The notes: generated by a model not told the origin, from the sequence alone. 38,146 nucleotides of DNA from Caldimonas sp. (GCA_036503045.1 DASXXO010000155.1:1-38146); one strand, 5' to 3'; positions 1 through 9,726 are shown, counted from the first letter of the stretch. Translations and numbers: made by a program.

Positions 1-983
1 ATCTTGACTGCGTGCGGGCCCAGTTCCTTGGCCAGCCGGTCGAGGTAAGGTGCTGCCGTCCTGGTGAAGCCGGACTTGTCGACGTCGGTCACCACCTTGA
101 CGCCGATCGCCTTCAGCTTGGCGGCCGACTGATGCTCGAGCTCGAGCGCCTTCGCCGGTTGGATTCGACCGACCTCGTCGGCCGCGGTCGTTACCCATTT
201 CTTCTGGTCGGCGCTCAGGCTCTTCCACAGCTTGTCGCTGATCCAGACGAAGTTGTTGTTCGCCTCGTGCTCGGTCATGGACAGCACCGGCGCCACTTCG
301 TAGTGCTTGTTGACGAGGTATACGTTGACGCCGTTCTCGGCGACGTCGACGACGCCGGTCTGCAAAGAGGTGTAGACGCTGCCGAACGGCATGTGCACGG
401 TCTGCGCGCCGTAGGCCGGGAACATCGCGTCCTCGGTGGCCGTCGCCTGCACCCGGACCTTCAGGCCCTTGATGTCCTCGAGTTTTCTGATCTCCTTCTT
501 GCTGTACATGTTGCGCAAACCGAGCGTGATGACGGCCAGCACATGCCCGCCTTGGACGGTGTCCTCGACCATGTCCTTGACCGCTTGCACGACCATCGGA
601 TCGGCGAGCGATTTCTTCAGGTGATCCTCGGAGCGGAACAGGAAATGCAACGACATCACGCCTGCCTGCGGCGAGAGGGTCGCCGCGTTCGCCGCCGAGG
701 TGATGCAGAACTCGATGTCGCCCGCCTTCATGAGCTGCAGCACCTGCGGCTCTTGGCCGAGCTGCGCGCCCGGGTACTGGTCGATCAGCATCGTGCCCTT
801 GCTCAGCTCCTTGAGCCTCTCGGCGAAGATGTCGCCAGCGATGCTGTAGCCGGTGTTGCGCGGCTGGTCGTAGGCGAAGCGATAGTGCTTGACGTCTTGC
901 CCCCAGCCAGGCGATGACGCCGAGGTGGCGACCAGCGCCAGGGCCAATGCGCGCAAGATGCTCAGAGCGGTGCGATCTGCCAT
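1..983 (-). CDS. dctP: TRAP transporter substrate-binding protein DctP (3' end runs off the window)
   Basis: Not in the ORF track; translated by hand from ATG 983 with GGAGG SD. MADRTALSILRALALALVATSASSPGWGQ (signal peptide)...YPGAQLGQEPQVLQ...LEDIKGLKVRVQ...MPFGSVYTSLQTGVVDVAEN are DctP family motifs. No stop before the window edge. Confidence 0.9.
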   Translation of the reverse strand, partial: MADRTALSILRALALALVATSASSPGWGQDVKHYRFAYDQPRNTGYSIAGDIFAERLKELSKGTMLIDQYPGAQLGQEPQVLQLMKAGDIEFCITSAANAATLSPQAGVMSLHFLFRSEDHLKKSLADPMVVQAVKDMVEDTVQGGHVLAVITLGLRNMYSKKEIRKLEDIKGLKVRVQATATEDAMFPAYGAQTVHMPFGSVYTSLQTGVVDVAENGVNVYLVNKHYEVAPVLSMTEHEANNNFVWISDKLWKSLSADQKKWVTTAADEVGRIQPAKALELEHQSAAKLKAIGVKVVTDVDKSGFTRTAAPYLDRLAKELGPHAVK

Positions 984-1091
984 GGCTGTCTCCTCCAATT
1001 GGTGCAGAGCGCAGATGTAGCGGCAACGCCCGGCACGCGCAATTGCCGGATGCCCGGCGTTGTCCGGACAACCGTGCACAGAGGGACGCGA

Positions 1092-1107
1092 TGGCATACG
1101 TCTTGCA
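1092..1107 (+). promoter_or_regulatory. sigma54 (-24/-12) promoter of the triuret/biuret operon
   Basis: TGGCATACGTCTTGCA matches TGGCAC-N5-TTGCW with exact GG-N10-GC spacing, about 75 nt upstream of ATG 1182. Confidence 0.75.
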
Positions 1108-1181
1108 GAACCGCGCTGGTATACCGCCGCGTGCACCAGAGTCAGGCGAACGCGCGGGTCCACCAACAGCCGGGGAGCCCC

Positions 1182-2315
1182 ATGACCAATCGCTCGCACG
1201 ATTCCAGCCGCCGCCGCGCACTCGCGCAACTCTCTGCAGGCTCGCTTGCGACGCTCGCGCCGTGGGCGCTGCGGCCAGCGCTCGCGCAAGCCAAGGCGCT
1301 CACGGTCGGCGTCATCTACGTCGGTCCGCGCGACGACTTCGGCTACAACCAGGCACAGGCGCAGGCCGCTGCTGAGGTCAAGAAGATGCCCGGCATCAAG
1401 GTCGTCGAGGAGGAGAACGTCCCCGAGACGACCGCGGTGCAGAAGACGATGACCGGCATGATCCAGCAGGACGGCGCCACGGTCCTCTTTCCGACCTCGT
1501 TCGGCTACTTCGACCCGCACGTACTCGTGCTCGCGCCCAAGTTCCCCGACGTGCGCTTCTCGCACTGCGGGGGCCTGTGGACCGACAAGAACCCGAAGAA
1601 CGCGGGCAGCTATTTCGGCTACGTCGAGGAGTGCCAGTACCTGAACGGCGTTGTCGCGGGCCACATGTCGAAGTCGAAGAAGCTCGGCTTCGTCGCCGCG
1701 AAGCCGATCCCGCAGGTGCTGAAGAACATCAACGCGTTCACGATGGGCGCGCGCTCGGTCGATCCGAAGATCACGACGACGGTGATCTTCACCGGCGAGT
1801 GGTCGATGCCGGTCAAGGAAGCCGAGGCGACGAACTCGCTCGCCGACCAGGGCGTCGACGTCTTCACGATGCACGTCGACGGGCCGAAGGTCGTCGTCGA
1901 GACGGCGGCCAAGCGCGGCAAGATGGTCTGCGGCTACCACGCGAGCCAGGCCAAGCTCGCGCCGCAGGCCTACCTCACCGGCGCCGAGTGGAACTGGCTC
2001 ACCGCGTACAAGACGGTGATCGAGGCGGCGCAGACCGGCAAGCCGCATCCGAACTTCCTGCGCGGCGGCCTGAAGGAGGGCTACGTCAAGATGTCGCCGT
2101 ACGGCCCGATGGTGAGCGAGGCGGCGAAGAAGAACGCCGAGGACGTCAAGGCGAAGATGCTCGCCGACAAGTTCGACATCTTCCAGGGCGGCTCGGCCGG
2201 CCTCAAGGACAACAAGGGCGCGACCGTCATTGCCGCCGGCAAGATCATCAAGCAGACCGACGTCGAGCTCGAGAAGATGAACTACCTCGTCGAAGGCGTG
2301 GTCGGCTCGGCCTGA
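1182..2315 (+). CDS. BMP-family (purine/nucleoside-type) ABC transporter substrate-binding protein with twin-arginine-like signal
   Basis: Start trimmed to ATG 1182 (GGGGAG SD). SRRRAL signal, VGVIYVGPRDDFGYNQ, FPTSFGY, KLGFVAAKPIPQVLKNINAF are BMP/PnrA motifs. Confidence 0.9.
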   Translation: MTNRSHDSSRRRALAQLSAGSLATLAPWALRPALAQAKALTVGVIYVGPRDDFGYNQAQAQAAAEVKKMPGIKVVEEENVPETTAVQKTMTGMIQQDGATVLFPTSFGYFDPHVLVLAPKFPDVRFSHCGGLWTDKNPKNAGSYFGYVEECQYLNGVVAGHMSKSKKLGFVAAKPIPQVLKNINAFTMGARSVDPKITTTVIFTGEWSMPVKEAEATNSLADQGVDVFTMHVDGPKVVVETAAKRGKMVCGYHASQAKLAPQAYLTGAEWNWLTAYKTVIEAAQTGKPHPNFLRGGLKEGYVKMSPYGPMVSEAAKKNAEDVKAKMLADKFDIFQGGSAGLKDNKGATVIAAGKIIKQTDVELEKMNYLVEGVVGSA

Positions 2316-2319
2316 AGGC

Positions 2320-2405
2320 ATGACGCCCGCCGGGCTTACGGCTGCGCCGCAGCGCCATCCCCCGAGGGGGCCGCGGCCCCGCCTCCCGCGAACCCACGTT
2401 CGTGA
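2320..2405. repeat. Degenerate palindromic REP/MITE-like intergenic element
   Basis: GCTGCG-C-CGCAGC (2341-2353) and CCCCC-GA-GGGGG (2359-2370) palindromes. Resembles an intergenic repeat core I recall from Comamonadaceae genomes (not verified by search). Confidence 0.35.
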
Positions 2406-3496
2406 AAGCCTTCGCTGAGGTCGGCATCCCGATCGGCGCGCTCGCCGCGGCGCTGCTGCTGTTCGGCGGCTTCGTCTGGCTCGGCGGCGCGAGCCCTGTC
2501 GAAACCTGGAAGATCCTCTTCAAGGGCGCGTTCGGCGATTGGTTCTCCTGGCAGAACACGCTGCAGCGCGCAGCGCCGTTGATGCTGACCGCGCTCTGCG
2601 TCGCGCTGCCGGCGCGCGCGGGGCTGATCATCATCGGCGGCGAAGGCGCGGTCGTGCTCGGCGGCCTCGCCGCCGCAGCGCTGCCGTACGCCGTGCCGCT
2701 GCCCGGCAACGCGCTCGGCAGCACGCTTCTCTGCATCGCCGGAATGCTCGTCGGTGCGGCATGGATCGCGATCGCCGGTGCGCTGCGCCAGTACCGCGGT
2801 GTCAACGAGACGATCTCGAGCCTGCTCCTCGCCTACACCGCGATCGCGCTCTTCAAGCAGCTCGTCGAAGGGCCGCTGCGCGACCCGAAGACGCTCAACA
2901 AGCCGTCGACGCGCTCGCTCGTCGAGGCGCTGCAGATCGGCGGCATCGCCGGCTCGGACGTGCACTGGGGTCTCGTCCTCGGCGTCGTCGCTTGCATCGG
3001 CCTGGGCCTCTGGCTCGCGTTCACGCCGGGCGGCTTCGCGCTGCGCGTCGTCGGCGGCAACCCGCGCACCGCCCAGCTCGTCGGCCTGCCGGTCAGCCGG
3101 CTGGTCCTGCTCGCGTGCGCGCTCGGCGGCGCGTGCGCCGGGCTGGCGGGCGCGGTCGAGGTCGCGGCCGTGCACACGAATGCCAACGCGTCGCTGATCG
3201 CAGGCTACGGCTATGCCGGAATCCTGGTCGCGTTCATCGCCCGCCAGAGCCCGTTCGCGATCGTCCCGGTCGCGATCCTGTTCGGCGGCTTCGGCGCTGC
3301 CGGAAGCCTCCTGCAGCGCAGGCTCGGCCTGCCCGACGCGTCGGTGCAGGTGCTGCAGGGAATCGCCTTCGTGCTGATCCTCGCCAGCGAATCGCTGCGC
3401 GGCATCGATTGGGCGGCGCTCCGCGCGAGGCGCACAGAGCGCGTGGCGGAGATCGCACGCGCGACAGCCGCGCCGGTCGTGAAGGATGCGGCATGA
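2402..3496 (+). CDS. ABC transporter permease (CUT2/nucleoside type)
   Basis: Multi-TM protein; AAPLMLTAL, RGVNETISSLLL, GYGYAGILVAFIAR motifs. GTG start is uncertain. Confidence 0.9.
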   Translation: MKAFAEVGIPIGALAAALLLFGGFVWLGGASPVETWKILFKGAFGDWFSWQNTLQRAAPLMLTALCVALPARAGLIIIGGEGAVVLGGLAAAALPYAVPLPGNALGSTLLCIAGMLVGAAWIAIAGALRQYRGVNETISSLLLAYTAIALFKQLVEGPLRDPKTLNKPSTRSLVEALQIGGIAGSDVHWGLVLGVVACIGLGLWLAFTPGGFALRVVGGNPRTAQLVGLPVSRLVLLACALGGACAGLAGAVEVAAVHTNANASLIAGYGYAGILVAFIARQSPFAIVPVAILFGGFGAAGSLLQRRLGLPDASVQVLQGIAFVLILASESLRGIDWAALRARRTERVAEIARATAAPVVKDAA

Positions 3497-3521
3497 AGCG
3501 AAGCAGTGTTGAGGTCCTCGT

Positions 3522-4442
3522 ATGAGCCACGACGTCGTCGTCGCCTTGGTCGCGGCGATCGTCGGCGGCGCGCTGCGGGTCGGCGTGCCGTTCCTGTTCG
3601 TCAGCCTCGGCGAGTGCCTGACCGAGAAGTCGGGTCGCATCAACCTCGGCCTCGAAGGCGTCCTCGTGCTGTCGGCGATGGCCGGCTTCGGCGGCGCGTA
3701 CCTGACGGGGTCGCCGTGGCTCGGCGTCGCGCTCGCGGCGTGCGCGGGTGCGGCGCTCGCGCTGCTGCACGGCGTGCTCTGCTCGCTGCCGCGCGTCAAC
3801 GACGTCGCCACCGGCATCGCCTTGATGCTGTTCGGCACGGGCCTCGCGTTCTATCTCGGCAAGCCCTTGATCCAGCCGCAGGCGGCGCAGCTCCCGGGGA
3901 TCGCGCTCGGCGCCTGGAGCGACTCGTCGGTGGTCCAGGCGGCGCTCCAAATCAACCCGCTGCTGCCGCTCGGCATCCTTCTCGCGATCGCCATGAACCT
4001 CGGGTTCAACCGCACCCGCTGGGGCCTCCTTGTGCGTCTCGCCGGCGACTCGGCGAGCGCGACGAGGGCGCTGGGCTATTCGGTCGACGGGATCCGCGTC
4101 GCGGCGACGGTCGCCGGGGGCGCGATCGCCGGTCTCGGCGGCGCATCGCTCACGCTGTTCTATCCGGGCAGCTGGAACGAGGGCATCTCGAGCGGGCAGG
4201 GCCTGATCGCCGTCGCGCTCGTCATCTTCGCGCGCTGGAGCGCGCTGCGCTGCGTCGGCGCGGCGCTCCTCTTCGGCGGCGCCGGCGCGATCGGCCCGGC
4301 GCTGCAGTCGATCGGCGTCAGCCGGGGCTATTACCTGTTCGCCGCGGTGCCGTACGTGCTCACGCTCGTCATCCTCGTGATCAGCTGCCGGCCGGGAAGC
4401 GTCGCGCGCGGTAGCCCGGGCGAGCTGTCGTCGGTCAAGTAG
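3522..4442 (+). CDS. ABC transporter permease (CUT2/nucleoside type)
   Basis: LGECLTEKSGRINLGLEG, GQGLIAVALVIFARW, PYVLTL motifs. Confidence 0.9.
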   Translation: MSHDVVVALVAAIVGGALRVGVPFLFVSLGECLTEKSGRINLGLEGVLVLSAMAGFGGAYLTGSPWLGVALAACAGAALALLHGVLCSLPRVNDVATGIALMLFGTGLAFYLGKPLIQPQAAQLPGIALGAWSDSSVVQAALQINPLLPLGILLAIAMNLGFNRTRWGLLVRLAGDSASATRALGYSVDGIRVAATVAGGAIAGLGGASLTLFYPGSWNEGISSGQGLIAVALVIFARWSALRCVGAALLFGGAGAIGPALQSIGVSRGYYLFAAVPYVLTLVILVISCRPGSVARGSPGELSSVK

Positions 4443-4458
4443 CAGCAAAGGAGAGCGC

Positions 4459-5502
4459 ATGAGCGGTCTCGGTGGTCTCAACAAGTCGCCGAACGGCGTC
4501 GTCGTCGGCCTCGTGCAGCTGCAGCTGCCGGTGGTCGAGACGCCGGCGCAGCTCGCGGCGCAGGCGGAGCGCATCGTCCGGATGGTCGGCAAGGCGCGCC
4601 GCAACAACGCCGGCCTCGACCTCGTCGTCTTCCCCGAGTACGCGCTGCATGGCCTCTCGATGAGCACCGCGCCCGAGCTAATGTGCCGGATCGACGGGCC
4701 CGAGGTGGCGGCATTCCAGGCCGCTTGCATCGAGCACAGGCTCTGGGGCTGCTTCTCGTTGATGGAGTGGAACCCGAACGGCAACCCGTACAACACCGGC
4801 ATCGTCATCGACGACCACGGCGAGGTCGCGCTCTACTACCGCAAGCTCCACCCGTGGGTGCCGGTCGAGGCGTGGGAGCCGGGCAACGTCGGCATCCCGG
4901 TGATCGATGGGCCGAAGGGAATCAAGCTCGGGCTCGTCATCTGCCACGACGGCATGTTCCCGGAAATGGCGCGCGAGTGCGCGTACAAGGGGGCAGAGTT
5001 GATGCTGCGCACCGCGGGGTACACGGCGCCGGTCGCGCACGCATGGAGGATCACCAACCAGGCCAACGCGTTCCAGAACCTGATGGCGACGGCGAGCGTG
5101 TGCCTGTGCGGCAGCGACGGCAGCTTCGACTCGATGGGCGAAGGCATGTTCTGCAATTTCGACGGCACGGTGCTGGTCGAGGGCAGCCGCCGGCCCGACG
5201 AGATCATCACCTGCGAGATCCGCGCCGACCTCATCCGCGAGGCGAGGAAGCACTGGGCGGTCGAGAACAACCCGTATCAGCTCTGGCACCGCGGCTACGT
5301 CGCGGTGCAGGGCGGAGCGATGGACTGCCCGTACACGTTCATGCACGACATGGTCCACGGGCGCTTCCGCCTGCCGTGGGAAGACGAGGTCGTGCACATC
5401 GACGGCACGTCGTGCGGCTTCGCGCCGCCGACGCGGCGGCACGATCCGCACAACATGCTTCCCGGGGCCGGGGGCGAATTGCCCGGGCTGAAGGCTGCGT
5501 GA
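4459..5502 (+). CDS. amiF: Formamidase (AmiF type, nitrilase superfamily)
   Basis: Glu-Lys-Cys triad motifs [12 protein letters not shown] and ICHDG. The C-H-D context is AmiF-type rather than AmiE C-D-D. AGGAG SD. Confidence 0.85.
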   Translation: MSGLGGLNKSPNGVVVGLVQLQLPVVETPAQLAAQAERIVRMVGKARRNNAGLDLVVFPEYALHGLSMSTAPELMCRIDGPEVAAFQAACIEHRLWGCFSLMEWNPNGNPYNTGIVIDDHGEVALYYRKLHPWVPVEAWEPGNVGIPVIDGPKGIKLGLVICHDGMFPEMARECAYKGAELMLRTAGYTAPVAHAWRITNQANAFQNLMATASVCLCGSDGSFDSMGEGMFCNFDGTVLVEGSRRPDEIITCEIRADLIREARKHWAVENNPYQLWHRGYVAVQGGAMDCPYTFMHDMVHGRFRLPWEDEVVHIDGTSCGFAPPTRRHDPHNMLPGAGGELPGLKAA

Positions 5503-5525
5503 GCATGCACGACACCGCGCGAGAG

Positions 5526-5628
5526 CGGGACGGTGGGGCGCTCCACGCTGCTCATGTCCCCCGAAGCCGGCCGGCGGCCGACTCCTCCTCCTCCTCTATT
5601 TCGCTGCGCAGAACGCCCCATCGTCCCG
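5526..5628. repeat. MITE/REP-like element with 18-bp imperfect terminal inverted repeats
   Basis: CGGGACGGTGGGGCGCTC (5526-5543) pairs with GAACGCCCCATCGTCCCG (5611-5628) at 16/18 positions. Internal ATGTCCCCCG...CTCCTCCTCTATTTCGCTGCG core. Confidence 0.6.
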
Positions 5629-5695
5629 ACCCTGCAGCGTCGTTGCCCCGCGGCTCTCCGCTGCTGGCTCGCGCCGACCGTCGAGCCGCAACCTC

Positions 5696-6406
5696 ATGAA
5701 CAAACACCCGCGCGTTGTCAATGCCGATCCGTACCCGTGGCCGTACGACGGCGACCTGCGCCCCGCCAACACCGCGCTCGTCGTCATCGACATGCAGACA
5801 GACTTCTGCGGCGCCGGCGGATATGTCGACAAGATGGGCTACGACCTGGTTCTCACGCGCGCGCCGATCGAGCCGATCAAGCGGCTCATGGCGCGCATGC
5901 GGGCGCTCGGCTTCCACGTCATCCACACGCGCGAAGGACATCGGCCCGACCTCTCGGACCTGCCGGCGAACAAGCGCTGGCGCTCGCGCCGAATTGGCGA
6001 AGGCGGGCGCGGGATCGGCGACGCGGGACCGTGCGGCCGCATCCTCGTGCGCGGCGAACCAGGCTGGGAGATCGTCCCCGAGCTCGCCCCGCTCGCCGGC
6101 GAAGTTGTCATCGACAAGCCCGGCAAGGGATCGTTCTGCGCGACCGACCTCGAGCTCGTCCTGCGCACGCGCGGCATCACGAACCTGCTCCTCGCCGGCA
6201 TCACCACCGACGTCTGCGTCTCGACGACGATGCGCGAGGCGAACGACCGCGGCTTCGAGTGCCTCGTCCTCGCCGACTGCACCGCCGCGACCGACCGCGG
6301 CAACCACCTCGCGGCGCTCAAGATGGTGACGATGCAGGGCGGCGTGTTCGGGGCGGTCGCCTCGTCGTCGGCGGTGCTCGAGGCGCTCGGGAGCCGGGGC
6401 GGATGA
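5696..6406 (+). CDS. biuH: Biuret amidohydrolase (isochorismatase-like cysteine hydrolase)
   Basis: [11 protein letters not shown]-terminus; Asp-Lys-Cys triad ([20 protein letters not shown]); BiuH-type signature residues [21 protein letters not shown]. Confidence 0.9.
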   Translation: MNKHPRVVNADPYPWPYDGDLRPANTALVVIDMQTDFCGAGGYVDKMGYDLVLTRAPIEPIKRLMARMRALGFHVIHTREGHRPDLSDLPANKRWRSRRIGEGGRGIGDAGPCGRILVRGEPGWEIVPELAPLAGEVVIDKPGKGSFCATDLELVLRTRGITNLLLAGITTDVCVSTTMREANDRGFECLVLADCTAATDRGNHLAALKMVTMQGGVFGAVASSSAVLEALGSRGG

Positions 6407-8043
6407 CCGCGCCGCTCGACCCCGTCCCGCCGCCGACCGGCGCGCTCGCGCTCGAGACGTTCGAGCTCACCAAGCGCTTCGGCGCGTTCACGGCGATGGA
6501 CCGCGTGACCATGACGGTCGCCGCCGGCTCGGTGCACGCGCTGCTCGGCGAGAACGGCGCCGGCAAGAGCACGCTCGTGAAGTGCGTCGCCGGCTCGCAG
6601 CGGCCCGACGGCGGCGCGATCGTCATCGACAGGCGAGAGCGCGACATCGCGACGCCGGTCGTCGCGCGCGCGCTCGGCATCGGCATGGTCTACCAGCACT
6701 TCACGCTCGCGCCCAACATGACGGTCGCCGAGAACCTGCTGCTCGCCGGCGGCCGCACGCCGGCGCTGATCGACTGGACGAGCGCGCGCGCCGAGCTGCG
6801 CGCGTTCCTCGCGACGACGCCGTTCTCGCTCTCGCTCGACGCGACGCCCGCATCGCTCTCGGCGGGCGAGAAGCAGAAGCTCGAGCTGCTGAAGCAGCTC
6901 TACCTCAAGCCGCGCCTCCTGATCCTCGACGAGCCGACCTCGGTGCTGACGCCGCAGGAGGCCGACGAGGTGCTCGCGTTCGTGCGCGCCGTCGCGCAGC
7001 GCGGCGAGTGCACGGTGCTCATGATCACGCACAAGTTCCGCGAGGTGATGGCGTACGCCGACGAGGTCACGGTGCTCCGGCGCGGCCGCAAGGTGCACGG
7101 CGCCGCGGTCGCCTCGACGACGCCGGCCGAGCTTGCGCTGGCGATGATCGGCGCAGGGGATGAGGGCGCGGCGGCGGCAGTGATCGACGAAGGGCACGCG
7201 GTCGCGCGCGTGCCGACCGACGCCAAGGCTGCACTCGCGCTCGAGGTCGCCGGCCTGGTCGCGATGGGCGATCGCGGCGCGATCGCCGTGCACGGCCTGT
7301 CGCTCGCGGTCCGGCGCGGCGAGATCCTCGGCATCGCCGGCGTCTCTGGCAACGGGCAGCGCGAGCTGATCGAGGCGATCGTCGGTCAGCGCCCGCGCAC
7401 GGCGGGCACGGTGCGCGTCGTCGGCCGTTCGTACGCCGGGCGGCGCTCGGAGAACCGCGAGCTGGGCTTGCGCGCGCTGCCCGAGGAGCCTTTGCGCAAC
7501 GCGAGCGTCGGCGAGCTGAGCGTCGCCCAGAACATGGCCCTGCGCGACTTCGACGAGCCGCCGCTGCGGCGCGCCCTGCTGCCCGGGCTCGCGTGGCTCC
7601 GCTTCGCCGCCTGGCGCGCGCGCGCGCGCGAATGGATCGCCGCGTACGGGATCAAGACGCGCAGCGAAAACGCGCCGATCGCGAGCCTTTCGGGCGGCAA
7701 CGTGCAGCGCGCGGTGCTCGCGCGCGAGCTCGCTGGCGAAGGCAACGTGCTGATCGCCGTCAACCCGGTGTTCGGCCTCGACTTCGCCGCCGTGCGCGAG
7801 ATCCATGCACGGATCCTGCAGGTGCGCGCGCGCGGCGCGGCGGTGCTGCTCGTGAGCGAGGACCTCGACGAGCTGCTCGAGCTCTCGGACCGCATCGCCG
7901 TCATGAGCGAAGGCCGGATCGTCTTCGAGACACCGGCCGCGGGCGCCGACCGGCGGACGATCGGCGCGCACATGGGCGGCGGCGAGCACCACGACGGCGC
8001 TGCCGCGCCCGCACTGGTGCAACGGCTCGCCGAGGCAGCATGA
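6403..8043 (+). CDS. ABC transporter ATP-binding protein (two ABC domains, CUT2 type)
   Basis: Start ATG 6403 overlaps the biuH stop (ATGA). [23 protein letters not shown]; second domain GVSGNGQ, LSGGNVQ. Confidence 0.92.
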   Translation: MTAPLDPVPPPTGALALETFELTKRFGAFTAMDRVTMTVAAGSVHALLGENGAGKSTLVKCVAGSQRPDGGAIVIDRRERDIATPVVARALGIGMVYQHFTLAPNMTVAENLLLAGGRTPALIDWTSARAELRAFLATTPFSLSLDATPASLSAGEKQKLELLKQLYLKPRLLILDEPTSVLTPQEADEVLAFVRAVAQRGECTVLMITHKFREVMAYADEVTVLRRGRKVHGAAVASTTPAELALAMIGAGDEGAAAAVIDEGHAVARVPTDAKAALALEVAGLVAMGDRGAIAVHGLSLAVRRGEILGIAGVSGNGQRELIEAIVGQRPRTAGTVRVVGRSYAGRRSENRELGLRALPEEPLRNASVGELSVAQNMALRDFDEPPLRRALLPGLAWLRFAAWRARAREWIAAYGIKTRSENAPIASLSGGNVQRAVLARELAGEGNVLIAVNPVFGLDFAAVREIHARILQVRARGAAVLLVSEDLDELLELSDRIAVMSEGRIVFETPAAGADRRTIGAHMGGGEHHDGAAAPALVQRLAEAA

Positions 8044-8717
8044 AGACCTTCCACCTCGCGGCGACGCCGCTCGCATTCGACTTCCCGTCCGGGCGCACGG
8101 CGCTCGTGGTCATCGACATGCAGCGCGATTTCATCGAGCCGGGCGGCTTCGGCGCCTCGCTCGGCAACGACGTGCGCCGGCTGCAACCGTCGAACGCGCC
8201 GATCGCCGCGCTGCTCGCCGCCTGGCGCGCGCGTGACTGGCCGATCGTCCACACGCGCGAGGCGCACAGGGCGGACCTCGCCGACTGCCCGCCCGCCAAG
8301 CGCCTGCGCGGCAATCCGAGCCTGCGCATCGGCGACCCGGGCCCGATGGGCCGCGTGCTGATCGCCGGCGAGCCCGGCGCCGACATCATCCCGGCGCTCG
8401 CGCCGCACGATGGCGAGCTCGTCGTCGACAAGCCGGGCAAGGGAATGTTCTGGGCCACCGGCCTGCACGAGACCCTGCAGGCGCGCGCCATCTCGCACCT
8501 GGTCTTCACCGGCGTGACCACCGAAGTCTGCGTGCAGACCTCGATGCGCGAGGCGAACGACCGCGGCTACACGTGCCTGCTCGTCGAGGACGCGACCGGA
8601 AGCTACTTCCCGCAGTTCAAGCGCTGGACGCTGGCGATGATCGCCGCGCAGGGCGCGATCGTCGGCTGGCACGCGCAGTCGGCGGCGATCCTCGAGGCGA
8701 TCGAAGCGACGGGCTGA
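8040..8717 (+). CDS. trtA: Triuret hydrolase (isochorismatase-like cysteine hydrolase)
   Basis: ATGA overlap with the ATPase stop. Triad IDMQRDF, DKPGKG, TTEVC; TrtA-type signature residues [23 protein letters not shown], which differ from the BiuH copy at every diagnostic position. Confidence 0.87.
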   Translation: MKTFHLAATPLAFDFPSGRTALVVIDMQRDFIEPGGFGASLGNDVRRLQPSNAPIAALLAAWRARDWPIVHTREAHRADLADCPPAKRLRGNPSLRIGDPGPMGRVLIAGEPGADIIPALAPHDGELVVDKPGKGMFWATGLHETLQARAISHLVFTGVTTEVCVQTSMREANDRGYTCLLVEDATGSYFPQFKRWTLAMIAAQGAIVGWHAQSAAILEAIEATG

Positions 8718-8809
8718 GCGTCGCCGGCCTCGGCGTCGCGCCGCAGGCGACTCGCGCGCAGAGCGTCGCGGGATCAAACGCGCCGCGCCGGCGACGCGCG
8801 CGCCGCCGA

Positions 8810-8818
8810 TGGCACACT
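8810..8818 (+). promoter_or_regulatory. Extended -10 element positioned for a leaderless transcript
   Basis: TGG-CACACT followed by exactly 6 nt and then ATG 8825; no SD. Confidence 0.45.
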
Positions 8819-8824
8819 CGCGCG

Positions 8825-9703
8825 ATGCCCGAGCTGCCCGATGTCAGCGTCTATCTCGAGCGGCTCAATGCCAAGGTCGTCGGCCAGCGCCTCGAGCGCG
8901 TGCGGATCGGCCACCCGTTCCTGCTTCGCTCCGTGACGCCGCCGATCTCCGCAATCGAGGGCAAGGTGGTGGTCGGCGTCGAGCGGCTCGGCAAGCGCAT
9001 CGTGCTCGCGTTCGATGGCGAGCTCTTCATGGTCGTGCATCTGATGATCGCCGGCCGGCTGCGCTGGCTCGCTCCAGGCAAGAAGACCGCGCCCAATGCG
9101 CTCGCCTTCTTCGAGTTCGCGACCGGCACGCTCGCGCTCACCGAGGCGGGCAAGCAGCGGCGTGCGTCGCTCCACGTCGTCGCCGGCCGTGGCGCGCTCG
9201 CGGCGCTCGACGCCGGTGGAATCGACGTGATGACGGCGTCGCGCGACGCGTTCGCTGCGCGCCTCACGGCCGAGAACCACACCGTCAAGCGCGCGCTCAC
9301 CGACCCGCGCCTCTTCAGCGGCATCGGCAACGCGTACTCCGACGAGATCCTGCATCGCGCGCGGCTCTCGCCGCTCGCGCTGACGCGCTCGCTCGACGAG
9401 GCGACGATCGACCGCCTGTTCGCTGCGACCACGTCGACGCTCGCCGAATGGACCACGAGGCTCCTGCGCGAGGCAGGCGACTGGCCGGCCAAGGTCACCG
9501 CATTCCATCCGGCGATGGCGGTGCACGGCCGCTTCGGCCAGCCGTGTCCCGACTGCGGCGCTCCGGTGCAGCGCATCGTTCACGCAGACAACGAGACGAA
9601 CTACTGCGCGCGCTGCCAGACCGGAGGCAAGGTACTCGCCGACCGTGCGCTCTCGAAGCTCTTGAAGAGCAGCTGGCCGAAGCACATCGACGAGCTGCTT
9701 TGA
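8825..9703 (+). CDS. Fpg/Nei-family DNA glycosylase (MutM-like paralog)
   Basis: N-terminal MPELPDV (catalytic Pro/Glu), RLGKR, HLMIAG, H2TH motif [11 protein letters not shown], zinc finger CPDC...CARC. Confidence 0.9.
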   Translation: MPELPDVSVYLERLNAKVVGQRLERVRIGHPFLLRSVTPPISAIEGKVVVGVERLGKRIVLAFDGELFMVVHLMIAGRLRWLAPGKKTAPNALAFFEFATGTLALTEAGKQRRASLHVVAGRGALAALDAGGIDVMTASRDAFAARLTAENHTVKRALTDPRLFSGIGNAYSDEILHRARLSPLALTRSLDEATIDRLFAATTSTLAEWTTRLLREAGDWPAKVTAFHPAMAVHGRFGQPCPDCGAPVQRIVHADNETNYCARCQTGGKVLADRALSKLLKSSWPKHIDELL

Positions 9704-9720
9704 GCGGCGGCCTGCCGCTC
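9702..9720. terminator. GC hairpin between convergent fpg-like gene and dps
   Basis: GAGCGGC-GGCCT-GCCGCTC; no U-tract. Confidence 0.35.
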
Positions 9721-9726
9721 GCGCCG

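Noticed and set aside
12-917. 301-aa plus-strand ORF at the window start
   Set aside because: Antisense shadow of dctP, which the ORF track missed because it runs off the edge.
990-1048. Full NtrC site or second sigma54 promoter
   Set aside because: Only a half-site matches, and the GGCAC...TTGC at 1032-1046 has 11-nt rather than 10-nt GG-GC spacing.
5533-8043. Apparent N-terminal extensions (836-aa ATPase, 798-aa RecG, 567-aa lyase, 768-aa SBP, 452-aa RlmJ)
   Set aside because: Longest-ORF artefacts overlapping neighbouring genes. True starts are marked by stop/start overlaps, SD sites or family N-termini.
8718-8797. 11-bp perfect inverted repeat after trtA
   Set aside because: Nearly all G/C with a 58-nt spacer and no U-tract; may be chance at this GC content.
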